In this document: positions 29,994 through 40,160 of the stretch, piece by piece | How the letters are laid out: each line of letters starts with the position of its first letter | Position numbering within the stretch: the stretch's first letter is position 1 | Assembly: GCA_963728565.1 (NCBI GenBank) | Contig: CAVSLC010000025.1 | Coordinates: 125,492-189,491 of the forward strand | Direction: 5' to 3' | Source: an uncultured delta proteobacterium | Lineage (GTDB): Bacteria; Desulfobacterota; Binatia; UBA9968 | Length of the DNA: 64,000 bases | Notes under the pieces: model-generated | The model's database searches: none | Seen by the model: only the letters and a program-made list of their open reading frames with translations | Told to the model about the DNA's origin: nothing | Position numbers and translations under genes: made by a program

Positions 29994-30905
29994 TCAGACC
30001 TTGTGCATGCCGCCGCCAGGAGGAGGCTGTGGTTGGTTTTTCCCGGGCAGCCAGTCCGCATCCTTGCGCGGGCTGTTGCCTTTGACCTGAAACTTCGCCC
30101 GGCCCATGTTGGCGAATTCGATCTCGATAGTGTCGCCGGAATTCACCGGCTTCAAGCCTTCATGAAAAGTGCCGGTGGCGACGATGTCTCCCGGATTGAG
30201 TTTTACGAATCGTGAAAGCCAGGCAATCTGATTGGGGATCTTGTGCGCCATCGCGCTGGTATTATAGTTTTGTCGCGGCTCGCCGTTGGTCCACGATTTT
30301 ACGTTAAGATTGTGCGGATCGGGGATCTCGTCCTTGGTGATGATCCACGGCCCGACACATCCATGCGTGTCCTGCCCCTTGGGAACAAACTGCGTCCGAC
30401 GCACCATGCCCCGCGTCGAGATATCGAAGAAAGGCACATAGCCGAAAACGTAATCTAATGCTTTGGACTCCGAAACGTTTCTAGCGGACTTGCCGATGAC
30501 GAACGCGAGCTCGGCTTCGGGTTGATAAACTACCGCGGCGGGGATGTCGGTTAATTCCACCGCGCCGTCGGGGCCGACGAGGTCGGGCGATTTGTAGAAA
30601 TACTCGTTGGGGAAATTATCGGCGGTGCGCTCCGGACGATCGATATAGTTACTGAAAGCCGCGATGCACTTGCTCGGACGTGGGAGGGGCGCGCGGATTT
30701 GGACGCTGCTCAATGGCACGCCTTCCTGCTCGTTCATGATCTTTTCAAAGCGGCGGCGGTATTTGCGCCAGCCTTCGATGATCTCTTCCATCACCCGTTG
30801 CGGCCCCTTGGCCTTGCGCGCGCTGATGGCATCGCTGACGTCGACAACCCTATCGTTGTTCTTGATAACCCCGATCCGATCGTCGTCATATCGTAGAATC
30901 TTCAC
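29994..30905 (-). CDS. fumarylacetoacetate hydrolase family protein
   Basis: EAELAFVIGK, DISTRG, KGQDT, GPWI, PGDIVATGT. Confidence 0.9.
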   Translation of the reverse strand: MKILRYDDDRIGVIKNNDRVVDVSDAISARKAKGPQRVMEEIIEGWRKYRRRFEKIMNEQEGVPLSSVQIRAPLPRPSKCIAAFSNYIDRPERTADNFPNEYFYKSPDLVGPDGAVELTDIPAAVVYQPEAELAFVIGKSARNVSESKALDYVFGYVPFFDISTRGMVRRTQFVPKGQDTHGCVGPWIITKDEIPDPHNLNVKSWTNGEPRQNYNTSAMAHKIPNQIAWLSRFVKLNPGDIVATGTFHEGLKPVNSGDTIEIEFANMGRAKFQVKGNSPRKDADWLPGKNQPQPPPGGGMHKV

Positions 30906-31099
30906 GGTGTGCTCCCTCCAGTGCGAATCTGCGCCTATCTTTGCGATAACCGCAGAATAATGTCAAATCCGCGCCCGATGATTCTAAGCCAGAGCAGAGG
31001 GCGCGTTCGAAGACAACCGTGCGCCGGAGAGAATTCCGGAGCGATACTGTTTTCTCCGAGATAAAGCTCGTAGTAGACTTTCGACAGCGTCCTTGCGCC

Positions 31100-31693
31100 A
31101 TGAACCTTGTATTGAGGAAATACTCTCCGGCTGATGTGGATGACTGCGTGTCGGTCCTTGCCGACGCGTTCGTTTCCAGTCCGTTGCACTTGTCCGCATT
31201 CGGCAGCGGTCGTATCGACCAGAATCGGCGTTTCTTTCGACTCGCCCTGCGCAACATGTTTTTCGGTCGAGCCTTCGTCGCGTTACACGACGGGGCGCTC
31301 TGCGGCTATATTCATTTCCGCGCCTGGCCTTACTGTCTGCCGACGCCGGAGGAGATTCCTAATGCGGCCGCAACACTGTTGAAGTCTATGGGCGAGGCGG
31401 TGCCGAAATTCATTCAGTGGTTTGCCCGATGGTGCCACCTTGATCCGCAGGAACCGCACGTTCATCTCGGGCCCATCGGTGTAGCTCCGGGAAGACAGCG
31501 ACAGGGAATTGGTAGCGCGTTGATGGATCTTTATATCGCGGAACTCGAGCAGGAAAGGTCGATCGGCTATCTTGAAACCGATCGAGTTGAAAACGTCTCG
31601 TTCTACAAAAAATTTGGCTTCGTGGTTAAGCATGAGGAAGTGGTCATCGGTACGACCACCTGGTACATGTCGAGACCTCTAATTGAGCGGTGA
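31100..31693 (+). CDS. GNAT family N-acetyltransferase
   Basis: HLGPIGVAPGRQRQGIGSALM acetyl-CoA motif; YLET..NVSFYKKFGF. Confidence 0.9.
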   Translation: MNLVLRKYSPADVDDCVSVLADAFVSSPLHLSAFGSGRIDQNRRFFRLALRNMFFGRAFVALHDGALCGYIHFRAWPYCLPTPEEIPNAAATLLKSMGEAVPKFIQWFARWCHLDPQEPHVHLGPIGVAPGRQRQGIGSALMDLYIAELEQERSIGYLETDRVENVSFYKKFGFVVKHEEVVIGTTTWYMSRPLIER

Positions 31694-31938
31694 TGACGGC
31701 GTGAGGATTCGCTGCAGAAAACAATGAGTGCTTCTGAAAATTCCTGCCGGCTTTGCTAGCGAGGCCCCGATTCTGCGCATTTGTGTTGCACTGCATGTCG
31801 GGCTTCGTCCAGGTCTGCACTATCCATGTCTGTGTCCTTCACCCTATCGGTAGTGTTATTGACAATTTCGAAACTCACAAGTTGGCTCGCTAATTGCTCT
31901 CTCCTGCGCCCTCAGTGATCATCGAGTTCTAAACACCT

Positions 31939-32220
31939 ATGGAAGTCATCATTGGGCTGGCGCGATCCGACTACGAAAAACTCTTGCACGACATCTCCCC
32001 TCAGCATTCCGTCTATAGTGTTCTCCGCCGTTCTCCGGAGCTTGACCGTTGGGCCGATGAAAGGCCCTTCTCGATGTGCGTTGTCATTGAGTGCAGTCAA
32101 GAGGAAGCATTGGAGCTCTATCAAGCCGCGAAGCAGCACTGCCCGCATGTCCTACGCGACATAGAATACGGCCTTAACTCGGTCCACGGTACGCCATTCA
32201 TAGAAAGAGAGTCACGATGA
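31939..32220 (+). CDS. small hypothetical protein
   Basis: 93-aa ORF with protein-like composition (IECSQEEALELYQAAKQHCP); no family recognised. Confidence 0.55.
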   Translation: MEVIIGLARSDYEKLLHDISPQHSVYSVLRRSPELDRWADERPFSMCVVIECSQEEALELYQAAKQHCPHVLRDIEYGLNSVHGTPFIERESR

Positions 32221-32634
32221 AATCTTTACTTTTTTCGGCTGCCATCATCATGGCTGTAGCGCGCTTATGCAGAGATCGAGACCGGGATCCCATAGGTGTT
32301 CGAGCTGAGAGTTTGCCAGTTTATTTTCCCCAGCAGAGGGTTGAAAACCTGAACAAGGATCCGCGCCGTCCTTATGATCTATTCAATTTCTATTATCCCC
32401 CCGGCCAAACAAGCGTCCGATTTCACTAAAGCCCATCCATCACTTCAGAGACTTCAAGCTCAGCATCTGTTATTTGCTTTTGCTGCGGCAGTTCGGTTGA
32501 TTCAATCGGCCTGACACTTTCGGTGTGAAGCTTTCCGACAGACGTGGATCCCAGGAGAGGTTTTGTAGCGAGACGGCTGATGCAATTGTCGGCGATCGCG
32601 CGGCGCTGACTATTTTCCTGTCTGCGTGTAAGCC

Positions 32635-33552
32635 TCAGGCCGGTGTCAGAAATTCCAGACTTTCAGGCTCTACGGTTATATCGATTACCGTTAACGAGGG
32701 CGGATAATTTGCGCCGCTTTCGGGCCATGCTTGATCGTCAATGTGAATCGGGGTCCCTTCCCATTCGATATGTATTTGCTTTCCTCTTCGAACGGGCAAG
32801 CCGGTCGGCGCTGGGCTGCCTTCCTTGCACTCCTCGAGACAGCGATCAAGTGTATCATGCGCGCCTCGGGTCAGACACACCACATCGAACAAGCCATCGC
32901 CGGGATCGGCATTAGGCGCTAAAAACAAATTCGGACCGATGGATTTTATGTTCATCACCTCGAACAGTATGTATTCGCCCGAGAGATCGCGGCCGTCGAC
33001 TGTAACGTGGAGTTCTATCTCTGGACATGTCAGCAGCCGGGCTTGCAACATTTCCAGAACGGAGGTGATTTTTTCCTCAGGTTCTGTCAAATGGGCCAAG
33101 TCAACATTGCCTCTGGCGTCGAGCCGGGTCATCATGTCGGTGAACAAGCCGATGCCGAGGCCCTCGACAAAATGCGCCGAACCCCACGGACCATTGGCCG
33201 CGCCGGTATCGAATTTCTTACGCCTCGCGGTGCTCCATCCCTCGATCAACTGCGTCAGTGAAACGTCCATGAGGTTGAGTGTCTTGGCGATGTTGTTGGC
33301 TGTTCCTAGCGGTAAAACCGCGATCGGCGTTCCTTTGCCGATCATGAGCTTGGCAACTGCGCCAACGATGCCGTCGCCACCGGCCACCGCGATTAGATCT
33401 GCCGGTCGGTCCAACACGCTTTTCCAATCGCTGTCCTTAGAGGATTTATAAACGAGCTGGTGGCCGGTGCGACGAATCAGATCGACTGGATCTTCGCCGC
33501 ATTTCAAATCGTCGCTGCCGGCATCCGGATTATGTATCAGCGTAACTTTCAT
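32635..33552 (-). CDS. diacylglycerol/lipid kinase family protein (YegS/DgkB-like)
   Basis: IHNPDAG, AGGDG, LPLGTANNIA, APNADPGDGLFD, HIDD; AAGGAAGG RBS. Confidence 0.9.
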   Translation of the reverse strand: MKVTLIHNPDAGSDDLKCGEDPVDLIRRTGHQLVYKSSKDSDWKSVLDRPADLIAVAGGDGIVGAVAKLMIGKGTPIAVLPLGTANNIAKTLNLMDVSLTQLIEGWSTARRKKFDTGAANGPWGSAHFVEGLGIGLFTDMMTRLDARGNVDLAHLTEPEEKITSVLEMLQARLLTCPEIELHVTVDGRDLSGEYILFEVMNIKSIGPNLFLAPNADPGDGLFDVVCLTRGAHDTLDRCLEECKEGSPAPTGLPVRRGKQIHIEWEGTPIHIDDQAWPESGANYPPSLTVIDITVEPESLEFLTPA

Positions 33553-33654
33553 GACCTTCCTTACCTTGCTGAAGCGCGCAGGCAAATGTGAAATACTCAT
33601 ATTAACACTGCTGAACGAATTTGTAACTTGCAGCTCGGAAAGGAGGCTGGGTTC

Positions 33655-34392
33655 ATGCGTATTTTGGTTGCCAACGACGACGGCATTTACAGCCCGGGTA
33701 TTGCCGCTCTAGCGGAGGTGGCAAGCAAGTTTGGCGAAGTGCGGGTAGTGGCGCCGGACGTGGAACGTTCTTCTGCCGGACATTCAATCACCGCCATGCG
33801 GCCGCTTTCGTACAGGCGCACGCCGATCGGCAATTATGAAGCTTATCGGGTCGACGGCACGCCGGCCGATTGTGTCGCGCTGGGTATCTTTAACTGGGAA
33901 AAAGTGGACGTGGTGCTTTCGGGGATAAATCTCGGCAGCAATTTGGGCAATTCCATATGGCATTCAGGTACTTTGGCTGCAGCCAAACAGGCGACGCTTC
34001 TGGGTTTGCGCGGGATCGCCTTGAGCTCAACTGTCACCATCGATGAGCCGAACTTCGATCTTTTGAAACCTTCCCTTGAAGAGGTTTTGACGCTTCTTCT
34101 AACCGAGAACAAGGATTACTCCTTGGTCAATGTGAATTTTCCCGATGAAAAACCCAAAGGCCTTCGATGGACGCGCCAGTCGGTGCGCCATTACGATGGC
34201 AAGATCGCCACAGGCGACGACCCGTTTGGGCGCAAGCACTTCTGGTTCAATGTCGTTCCCGTCGAAGGCACCGAAGAGGGGACTGATCGCTGGGCGGTCG
34301 AGCAAGGTTACGTCTCCCTGACTCCCTTGCGGCTCGACCTGACTAACGAAAAGGAATTGGCGGCGGCCTTGGCGCGTTATCCGCTGGGGTGA
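33655..34392 (+). CDS. surE: 5'/3'-nucleotidase SurE
   Basis: MRILVANDDG, GTPADCV, SGINLGSN, SGTLAAA, VSLTPL; AGGAGG RBS. Confidence 0.93.
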   Translation: MRILVANDDGIYSPGIAALAEVASKFGEVRVVAPDVERSSAGHSITAMRPLSYRRTPIGNYEAYRVDGTPADCVALGIFNWEKVDVVLSGINLGSNLGNSIWHSGTLAAAKQATLLGLRGIALSSTVTIDEPNFDLLKPSLEEVLTLLLTENKDYSLVNVNFPDEKPKGLRWTRQSVRHYDGKIATGDDPFGRKHFWFNVVPVEGTEEGTDRWAVEQGYVSLTPLRLDLTNEKELAAALARYPLG

Positions 34393-34576
34393 TCTTCACT
34401 CGGCGCAAGGCGTTGCCCTCCATAGAATACGGACGGTGGAGCGAGCATCTATTTTGTCATCAACCAGGTGTTGCAGTTTCAGATATACATACTCCCGACT
34501 GTGACCGCGCCGCCTTGCGCCGCCTGTGAGTTCCAAATAGTAGTAGAAACGGCCCTCAGAATCATAAGGAGGCAGC

Positions 34577-34981
34577 ATGCCTGATCAACAGCTCAATGGA
34601 AGTTGTCTTTGCAAAGCAGTGCGCTATCGGGTGACCCCGCCATTCATGAGATTTTCTCACTGTTATTGTTCACGCTGCAGGAAAGCGACCGGAGGCGTGA
34701 GAGCCACCAACATTGCCGTGCCGATCGATCAATTTCGTTGGATTCAGGGAGAGGAGCTGATCGCGCGTTATGACCTGCCTGAGGCAAAAAGCTTCGCCCG
34801 GCAAATATGTACCCGTTGCAATTGTCCCGTGCCTCATGCGTCACGCGATCGCCAGCGGGTCATCATCCCAGCCGGTACTCTGGATGATGAACCCAATACA
34901 AAACCGACAGCTCATGGGCATTGGTCGAGCCGTGTGAGCTGGGTCGAGATCGACGAATCCGATTTGCCCTGTTCGGATTGA
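34577..34981 (+). CDS. GFA (glutathione-dependent formaldehyde-activating enzyme / CENP-V) family protein
   Basis: GSCLCKAVRY, HCYCSRCRK, CTRC Zn motifs. Confidence 0.9.
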   Translation: MPDQQLNGSCLCKAVRYRVTPPFMRFSHCYCSRCRKATGGVRATNIAVPIDQFRWIQGEELIARYDLPEAKSFARQICTRCNCPVPHASRDRQRVIIPAGTLDDEPNTKPTAHGHWSSRVSWVEIDESDLPCSD

Positions 34982-35041
34982 ATGCGCATATGGTTTGGGC
35001 AGCCTGTTCAGAATTGGCCTCCCTGTGTTCGTCAGAGCGAG

Positions 35042-35070
35042 TTGACAGTCTCAACGGTCGACCTTAAATT
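35042..35070 (+). promoter_or_regulatory. sigma70-type promoter upstream of Hsp20
   Basis: TTGACA-N17-TAAATT, 38 nt before the ATG. Confidence 0.5.
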
Positions 35071-35108
35071 TTTTTCGCTGGAGACCAGTCTAGTTCTGGA
35101 GGTTTTTT

Positions 35109-35549
35109 ATGGAACTTACGATATGGCGGCCGTTTGCCGGGTTAGATAGTTTTAATTCTCAAATCAACCAACTATTTGTTAAAACTCTGGGTCGAGACCG
35201 GAGCCGATCGACTTCGGCCGGCACGGTCTGGCATCCTGCGGTGGACGTTTTGGAAAGTAAGGATTCGTACCTGTTGCGCGCCGAGCTTCCCGGGATGAAC
35301 AAGGAATATTTCAATTTAGAGGTGAAAAACGGAATGTTGACGGTCAGTGGCGAGCGCAAGCTCGAAGAGCCGGTCAGTGGCGTTCGATACCGCAGCGTTG
35401 AGCGGGTTGCCGGGAAGTTCTCACGATCTTTCTATCTGCCTCAAACCGTTCAGCAGGATGGAATCCAGGCGACTTATCGCGACGGCATCTTGGAAATTTA
35501 CGTACCTAAAATGGAGCATGCCAAAGCGCGCCAGATCACAGTGAGCTGA
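35109..35549 (+). CDS. small heat-shock protein (Hsp20/alpha-crystallin)
   Basis: WHPAVDV, AELPG, ER..GKFSRSF.LP, ATYRDGILEI.VPK. Confidence 0.93.
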   Translation: MELTIWRPFAGLDSFNSQINQLFVKTLGRDRSRSTSAGTVWHPAVDVLESKDSYLLRAELPGMNKEYFNLEVKNGMLTVSGERKLEEPVSGVRYRSVERVAGKFSRSFYLPQTVQQDGIQATYRDGILEIYVPKMEHAKARQITVS

Positions 35550-35675
35550 TCCCACTAAGCAAATGACAGATGCGTTTTGCATCTTCGTTCAGTCGCTCAT
35601 GCGTTGCCGATGTAACGGCACTGGATCGCAAGCGCCGGCATGATGACCATGAATGGAAACTCCTACTAAAAAGCT

Positions 35676-36212
35676 GTGACGAAGACTATAGGGGGCATAG
35701 TCGCGTTTTTGGCGTTGGGCGGTCTGCTTGTCGTCGGTTCGTCTATCAAACATCCGATCTTAGCCTTGCAATTGGCCTTGGCCGAGCCGCCGGCGAGCTT
35801 GCCGGTTCCGGTGGACGGCGTTCGGCCATCGGCACTGCGTAATAGTTGGCGAGCTCCGAGAAACGGCGGTCGTCATCATCAAGGCATTGATATTTTTGCC
35901 AGGCCGGGAACGCCGGTTCGGTCGACAACGGAAGGTATTATCATCAGACTCGGACAAAACCGGTTAGGCGGTAATGTAGTCTGGGTAATGGGGCCTGGGA
36001 GGCAAACGCATTACTATGCGCATTTGAGAGATTTTGGTGGGTTCGAAACCGGTGACCGGGTGATGGCCGGTGATATCATCGGCTACGTCGGTGATACCGG
36101 CAACGCCAGAGGAACGCCGCATCATCTACACTATGGCGTGTACGAGCTCGGCGGAACCGCGATCAATCCGTACCCGCTGCTTACAAGAACGGTCAATCAG
36201 GAGCGAGCTTAG
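35676..36212 (+). CDS. M23 family metallopeptidase
   Basis: HQGID, YYAHL, GYVGDTGNA, PHHLHY; N-terminal TM/signal segment. Confidence 0.92.
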   Translation: MTKTIGGIVAFLALGGLLVVGSSIKHPILALQLALAEPPASLPVPVDGVRPSALRNSWRAPRNGGRHHQGIDIFARPGTPVRSTTEGIIIRLGQNRLGGNVVWVMGPGRQTHYYAHLRDFGGFETGDRVMAGDIIGYVGDTGNARGTPHHLHYGVYELGGTAINPYPLLTRTVNQERA

Positions 36213-36345
36213 CGGCCGCAACTAACATTCCTTTTTTGTCCGGCTTGCCCATGTAAAGACTGAAACTCGCACTAACAAGCCGCCAAGCCGGCCTCGACTT
36301 ATGTCATGCGATTGTTAACTCTTCGATATCATGTGATAAAGCACT

Positions 36346-37563
36346 ATGCCCTTTTCTAAACTTGGACTTTCACCCAAAGTCGTCGACGGCGTACGCGCTG
36401 CCGGCTACACCGATCCCACTCCCATTCAACTGCGTGCGATACCGATCCTGATGGACGGACGCGACCTCATCGGTTCGGCTCAAACCGGCACAGGAAAAAC
36501 CGCCGCCTTTGCGCTGCCGATAATTTCGCGGTTGGGACAACGCGGTTCCCTGCGCGCGCTCATCTTAGAGCCGACTCGCGAATTGGCTGCGCAGGTGGAA
36601 ACCGCGATTCGGGATTATGGGCGGTTTACCAATCTGCGAACCATAGTTTTGTACGGTGGCACGGGTTACGGCAAACAAGATCAGGCACTGCGTCGCGGCG
36701 CCGATATCGTGGTGGCGACGCCAGGCCGTTTGCTTGACCAGATTAGCCGTGGCATGTTGCGCCTCGACAAAATCGAGATACTGGTCCTCGACGAAGCTGA
36801 TAGAATGTTGGACATGGGATTCATGCCCGACGTGCGCAAGATAGTGGAAAAATGCCCGCGTAATCGACAAACAATGTTGTTCTCGGCGACGGTTCCGCCG
36901 GAGATCGACCAGCTTTGCAAATGGGCATTGAATAAACCGGAAAAGATCGAAATCGGGCAGCGGCGCTCTCCCGCGGAGACCGTAACCCACGCGTTGTATC
37001 CGGTGGATTCCGAACAGAAACAGGAACTCTTGGAAGAATTGCTCCGGCGCACCGATTACGATCAGGTGCTGATATTTTGCCGCACCAAAAACGGCGCCGA
37101 CCGGGTCGTGCGCAAGCTCCATCAGCAGGGACATGCGGTCGCGGTTCTTCATTCGCGCCGAACTCAACGCGAGCGCGAGCACGCCTTGAATGGCTTCCGC
37201 AACGGCCGTTATGAGGTAATGGTCGCCACCGATATCGCCGCGCGCGGTATCGACGTGGCTCAAATCAGCCATGTTATCAACTTCGATGTGCCGCATCATC
37301 CGGAAGATTACGTGCACCGGATCGGTCGCACCGGACGCGCGCAGAGTGTCGGCGATGCTTTTACGATCATGACCGGGGAGGACGTCCAGGAGATTGCCGC
37401 CATCGAACGCTTCATCGGCCAGAAGATCCCGCGGGTCAAGCTGGAGAATTTTAACTACTCCTATACACGACTTCTCGATCCCAATCCGAAACCCATTTTC
37501 GGCCGCGGCCGCGGTCAAGGCGCGCCGGGTAAGCGTTCGTTCGGCTACGGCAGACGAAGATAA
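36346..37563 (+). CDS. DEAD-box RNA helicase (RhlE-like)
   Basis: Q motif PTPIQ, AQTGTGKT, PTRELA, TPGR, DEAD, SAT, ARGID, HRIGRTGR. Confidence 0.96.
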   Translation: MPFSKLGLSPKVVDGVRAAGYTDPTPIQLRAIPILMDGRDLIGSAQTGTGKTAAFALPIISRLGQRGSLRALILEPTRELAAQVETAIRDYGRFTNLRTIVLYGGTGYGKQDQALRRGADIVVATPGRLLDQISRGMLRLDKIEILVLDEADRMLDMGFMPDVRKIVEKCPRNRQTMLFSATVPPEIDQLCKWALNKPEKIEIGQRRSPAETVTHALYPVDSEQKQELLEELLRRTDYDQVLIFCRTKNGADRVVRKLHQQGHAVAVLHSRRTQREREHALNGFRNGRYEVMVATDIAARGIDVAQISHVINFDVPHHPEDYVHRIGRTGRAQSVGDAFTIMTGEDVQEIAAIERFIGQKIPRVKLENFNYSYTRLLDPNPKPIFGRGRGQGAPGKRSFGYGRRR

Positions 37564-37795
37564 AACACGCAGCGTCAGGCGCGCCTGGAATTTGTGTCTA
37601 TCAGTTGAGTAGACTGCTTACAGTTTTGCGTTCAATCAAGGATCAAGTTTGACTTAGCCTAACGCAGAATCTTACGATCGAATGCTGTAGAGTGTGGTTC
37701 TTAGTTCCGCCGGGTGTCCGAAAACATTCGTAGGTGCTCGGGTTATGACGTCCATCACAGCAACGGATAACAAGACAGTGACGGTGGAGATGGGA

Positions 37796-38227
37796 ATGAG
37801 CAATGCAATAGATTTTGAACGGCTGGTTCAGGCCGCCGGCGACGCCATCATCGCCGCCGATCCGGAAGGCAGGATCCTCTCGTGGAACCCCGCAGCCGAG
37901 CGGATCTTTGGTTTTGCAGCGCGGGAAGCGTTGGGACAAAGCCTTGATCTGATTATTCCGGAGCGCTTTCGCGCGCGTCATTGGGACGGCTACAAGCAAG
38001 TGATGCGCACCGGGCAAACCAAATACGGCGCGGAAGTCTTGCGCGTGCCGGCTCGGCACAAAGATGGCCGGCCTTTATCCATTGCATTTACTGTAGCGCT
38101 TTTAGCGCGCGCGGACGGACAGACCGAGGCGATCGCTGCTATCGTTAGAGACGATACATCCCGCTGGAACGAAGAGCGCTCCATGCGCGAGCGACTGCGC
38201 AAGCTTGAGGAGCAGCAATCCAAGTAA
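37796..38227 (+). CDS. stand-alone PAS domain protein
   Basis: DAIIAAD.EGRI..WNPAAERIFG...ALGQSLDLIIP; short C-terminal coiled coil; no output domain. Confidence 0.88.
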   Translation: MSNAIDFERLVQAAGDAIIAADPEGRILSWNPAAERIFGFAAREALGQSLDLIIPERFRARHWDGYKQVMRTGQTKYGAEVLRVPARHKDGRPLSIAFTVALLARADGQTEAIAAIVRDDTSRWNEERSMRERLRKLEEQQSK

Positions 38228-38298
38228 ATTCTGCCGCTGCTTTGGATCATAGCTTTGATGCGCGCATGCTCGGCCTTTTTAGAGTATAGCTAGCGTCC

Positions 38299-38802
38299 AT
38301 GAACGTTGTCTGGGAAGAATTAGCAGCCGGATTTCCGGAAGCGGAAGCAATGGCCCGGATAACCGTCCGGCTAATCGTCGCAATGATTTTTGGCGCGGTG
38401 ATCGGGATTCAACGCGAGCGGGCTGGAAAACCGGCGGGGCTCAGGACCCATATGCTGGTCGCTTCAGGCGCGGCGGTTTTTATTATCGCCAGCGGCGAGT
38501 TCGGCATGAACCCCGACAGCATTTCGCGTGTCATACAGGGTCTGGTGACCGGAATTGGCTTTCTCGGCGCCGGCGCGATCCTAAAGCTCTATGATAAGCG
38601 AGCCGTCGAGGGACTAACCACGGCCGCGGGCATTTGGATGACCGCGGCATTGGGCGTCGCGGTCGGCTTGGGCCGGTTTGGCCTGGCGCTGGTGGCAACC
38701 CTTCTGGCCTGGATGACGCTCTCGCTGGTGCGCCAAATGGAACACATCCTAAACAGAGGAGCTCGGAAGTCTGAGGAGGACACTATTTCGTCCGAAGACT
38801 AA
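38299..38802 (+). CDS. MgtC/SapB family membrane protein
   Basis: AGLRTHMLV, GIGFLGAG.I, GLTTAAGIW. Confidence 0.92.
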   Translation: MNVVWEELAAGFPEAEAMARITVRLIVAMIFGAVIGIQRERAGKPAGLRTHMLVASGAAVFIIASGEFGMNPDSISRVIQGLVTGIGFLGAGAILKLYDKRAVEGLTTAAGIWMTAALGVAVGLGRFGLALVATLLAWMTLSLVRQMEHILNRGARKSEEDTISSED

Positions 38803-38964
38803 GGGCCGCATTCAGGATCTTACCGGCTCAGCCCGACGTAGCACGGACAATCCTTGATCCGATTCACTGCTATTTCGGGAAGATCGCAACCATGAACCAG
38901 GATTCTGCTGCTGATCAAAGATGAACTCAGGTCTGGTCGCTTTCTCAAGCAATGGAAATGATCA

Positions 38965-39213
38965 ATGGATTGGCTAGATGCTCTTCAGTGGCCGGCGATG
39001 GTCGTGACGGTTATCGCTGCCTGGCTCATTGGCTCGCAGCGAAAGATTCGCAGGATGATCGGGTTTTGGTGCTTCTTGTTGAGCAATGCGCTTTGGATTG
39101 TCTGGGGCTGGCACACTCGAGCTTGGGCGATGGTGATACTGCAGATGATCCTTGCCGGCATGAATATCAGAGGTGCCAACAAGAATGAAACCGATAATCC
39201 GGCGGAGAGATAA
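38965..39213 (+). CDS. small membrane protein (3 TM), hypothetical
   Basis: Hydrophobic Trp-rich ORF (QWPAMVVTVIAAWLIGS...GFWCFLLSNALWIVWG). Confidence 0.7.
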   Translation: MDWLDALQWPAMVVTVIAAWLIGSQRKIRRMIGFWCFLLSNALWIVWGWHTRAWAMVILQMILAGMNIRGANKNETDNPAER

Positions 39214-39268
39214 TCTAGTTTTTTGTCATTCGGCGCAAGCGGTCCGGCGAATAAGCGCGTACCTGAGC

Positions 39269-39865
39269 ATGATCCAGCCGATTAAAAGAATCTGCGTATT
39301 CACAGGGTCCAGGCACGGAAGCAATCCGCAATATGCAGAGGCGGCGCAACAACTGGGCCGTGAGTTGGTCGGGCGCAATTACAGCTTGGTTTACGGCGGT
39401 GGTAATGTGGGGCTGATGAAGGTCATTGCCGAGGCTGTCCTGGACCTGGGCGGCCATGTCATCGGTGTAATCCCCGACTCGTTGGTCAGTAAAGAGGTCG
39501 CGCACCGCGGTCTCTCCGAGTTGCGCATTGTACAATCGATGCACGAACGCAAAGCCATGATGGCTGAGTTGTCAGATGGCTTCATCGCGATGCCCGGCGG
39601 CATCGGCACGATGGAGGAGTTTTTCGAAGTGCTTAGCTGGGCTCAGCTAGGCATTCACCGCAAGCCTTGCGGGCTTTTGAACACCGGCGGCTACTACAAT
39701 CGTCTCATCGAGTTTCTCGATCATGCAGTGGAGCATGATTTCCTCAAGCCGAAGCATCGCTCATTACTGATCCTGGCGAACGAACCGCCGGATATTCTGA
39801 GCCAATTCGAAGCATTCATCAGAACCCGGGGCGGCGACCAATACTTCGATCCAAGCAAAACCTAA
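39269..39865 (+). CDS. LOG family nucleotide phosphoribohydrolase (TIGR00730)
   Basis: ICVFTGS, LVYGGG.VGLM, MHERK, PGGIGTMEE. Confidence 0.93.
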   Translation: MIQPIKRICVFTGSRHGSNPQYAEAAQQLGRELVGRNYSLVYGGGNVGLMKVIAEAVLDLGGHVIGVIPDSLVSKEVAHRGLSELRIVQSMHERKAMMAELSDGFIAMPGGIGTMEEFFEVLSWAQLGIHRKPCGLLNTGGYYNRLIEFLDHAVEHDFLKPKHRSLLILANEPPDILSQFEAFIRTRGGDQYFDPSKT

Positions 39866-39931
39866 CGCCACAACGAGGCGTCGTTTGGGGGCGTTGCCCG
39901 ACCGGCCGCTAATATTTCACGAAACCATCTA

Positions 39932-40043
39932 GCAGGGTGCTGAAAGGTGCGCGAAAATCGACGAGCGCAGGCGTACTTACTGTACGTTGCAGCGAGGCGT
40001 TTTGAGCGGCAACGAAGCATATGGGTCTTTTTCAGCACCCTGC
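39932..40043. mobile_element. MITE-like TIR repeat element, copy 3 (reverse orientation, internally shortened)
   Basis: GCAGGGTGCTGAAA ... TTTTTCAGCACCCTGC ends; its reverse complement contains GACCCATATGCTTCGTTGC..CCTCGCTGCAACGTACAGTAAGTACGCC..GCTCGTCGATTT. Confidence 0.8.
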
Positions 40044-40160
40044 TGTGCTTGGAGAAGGTGAACCTGGTTCGCAAGCTCACCAGCATCGCGGAAAAAGGAT
40101 CGAGCCCGCGCCCCTGCCTTAGATCCACATTGATCGATCAACTCGAGCAGCCACTCACTC

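Noticed and set aside
36565-37518. Long antisense ORFs (also 9777..10673, 11727..12515, 13622..14446, 17608..18426, 56060..56788, 60664..61311)
   Set aside because: They lie opposite well-supported genes, as expected from codon bias in GC-rich DNA.
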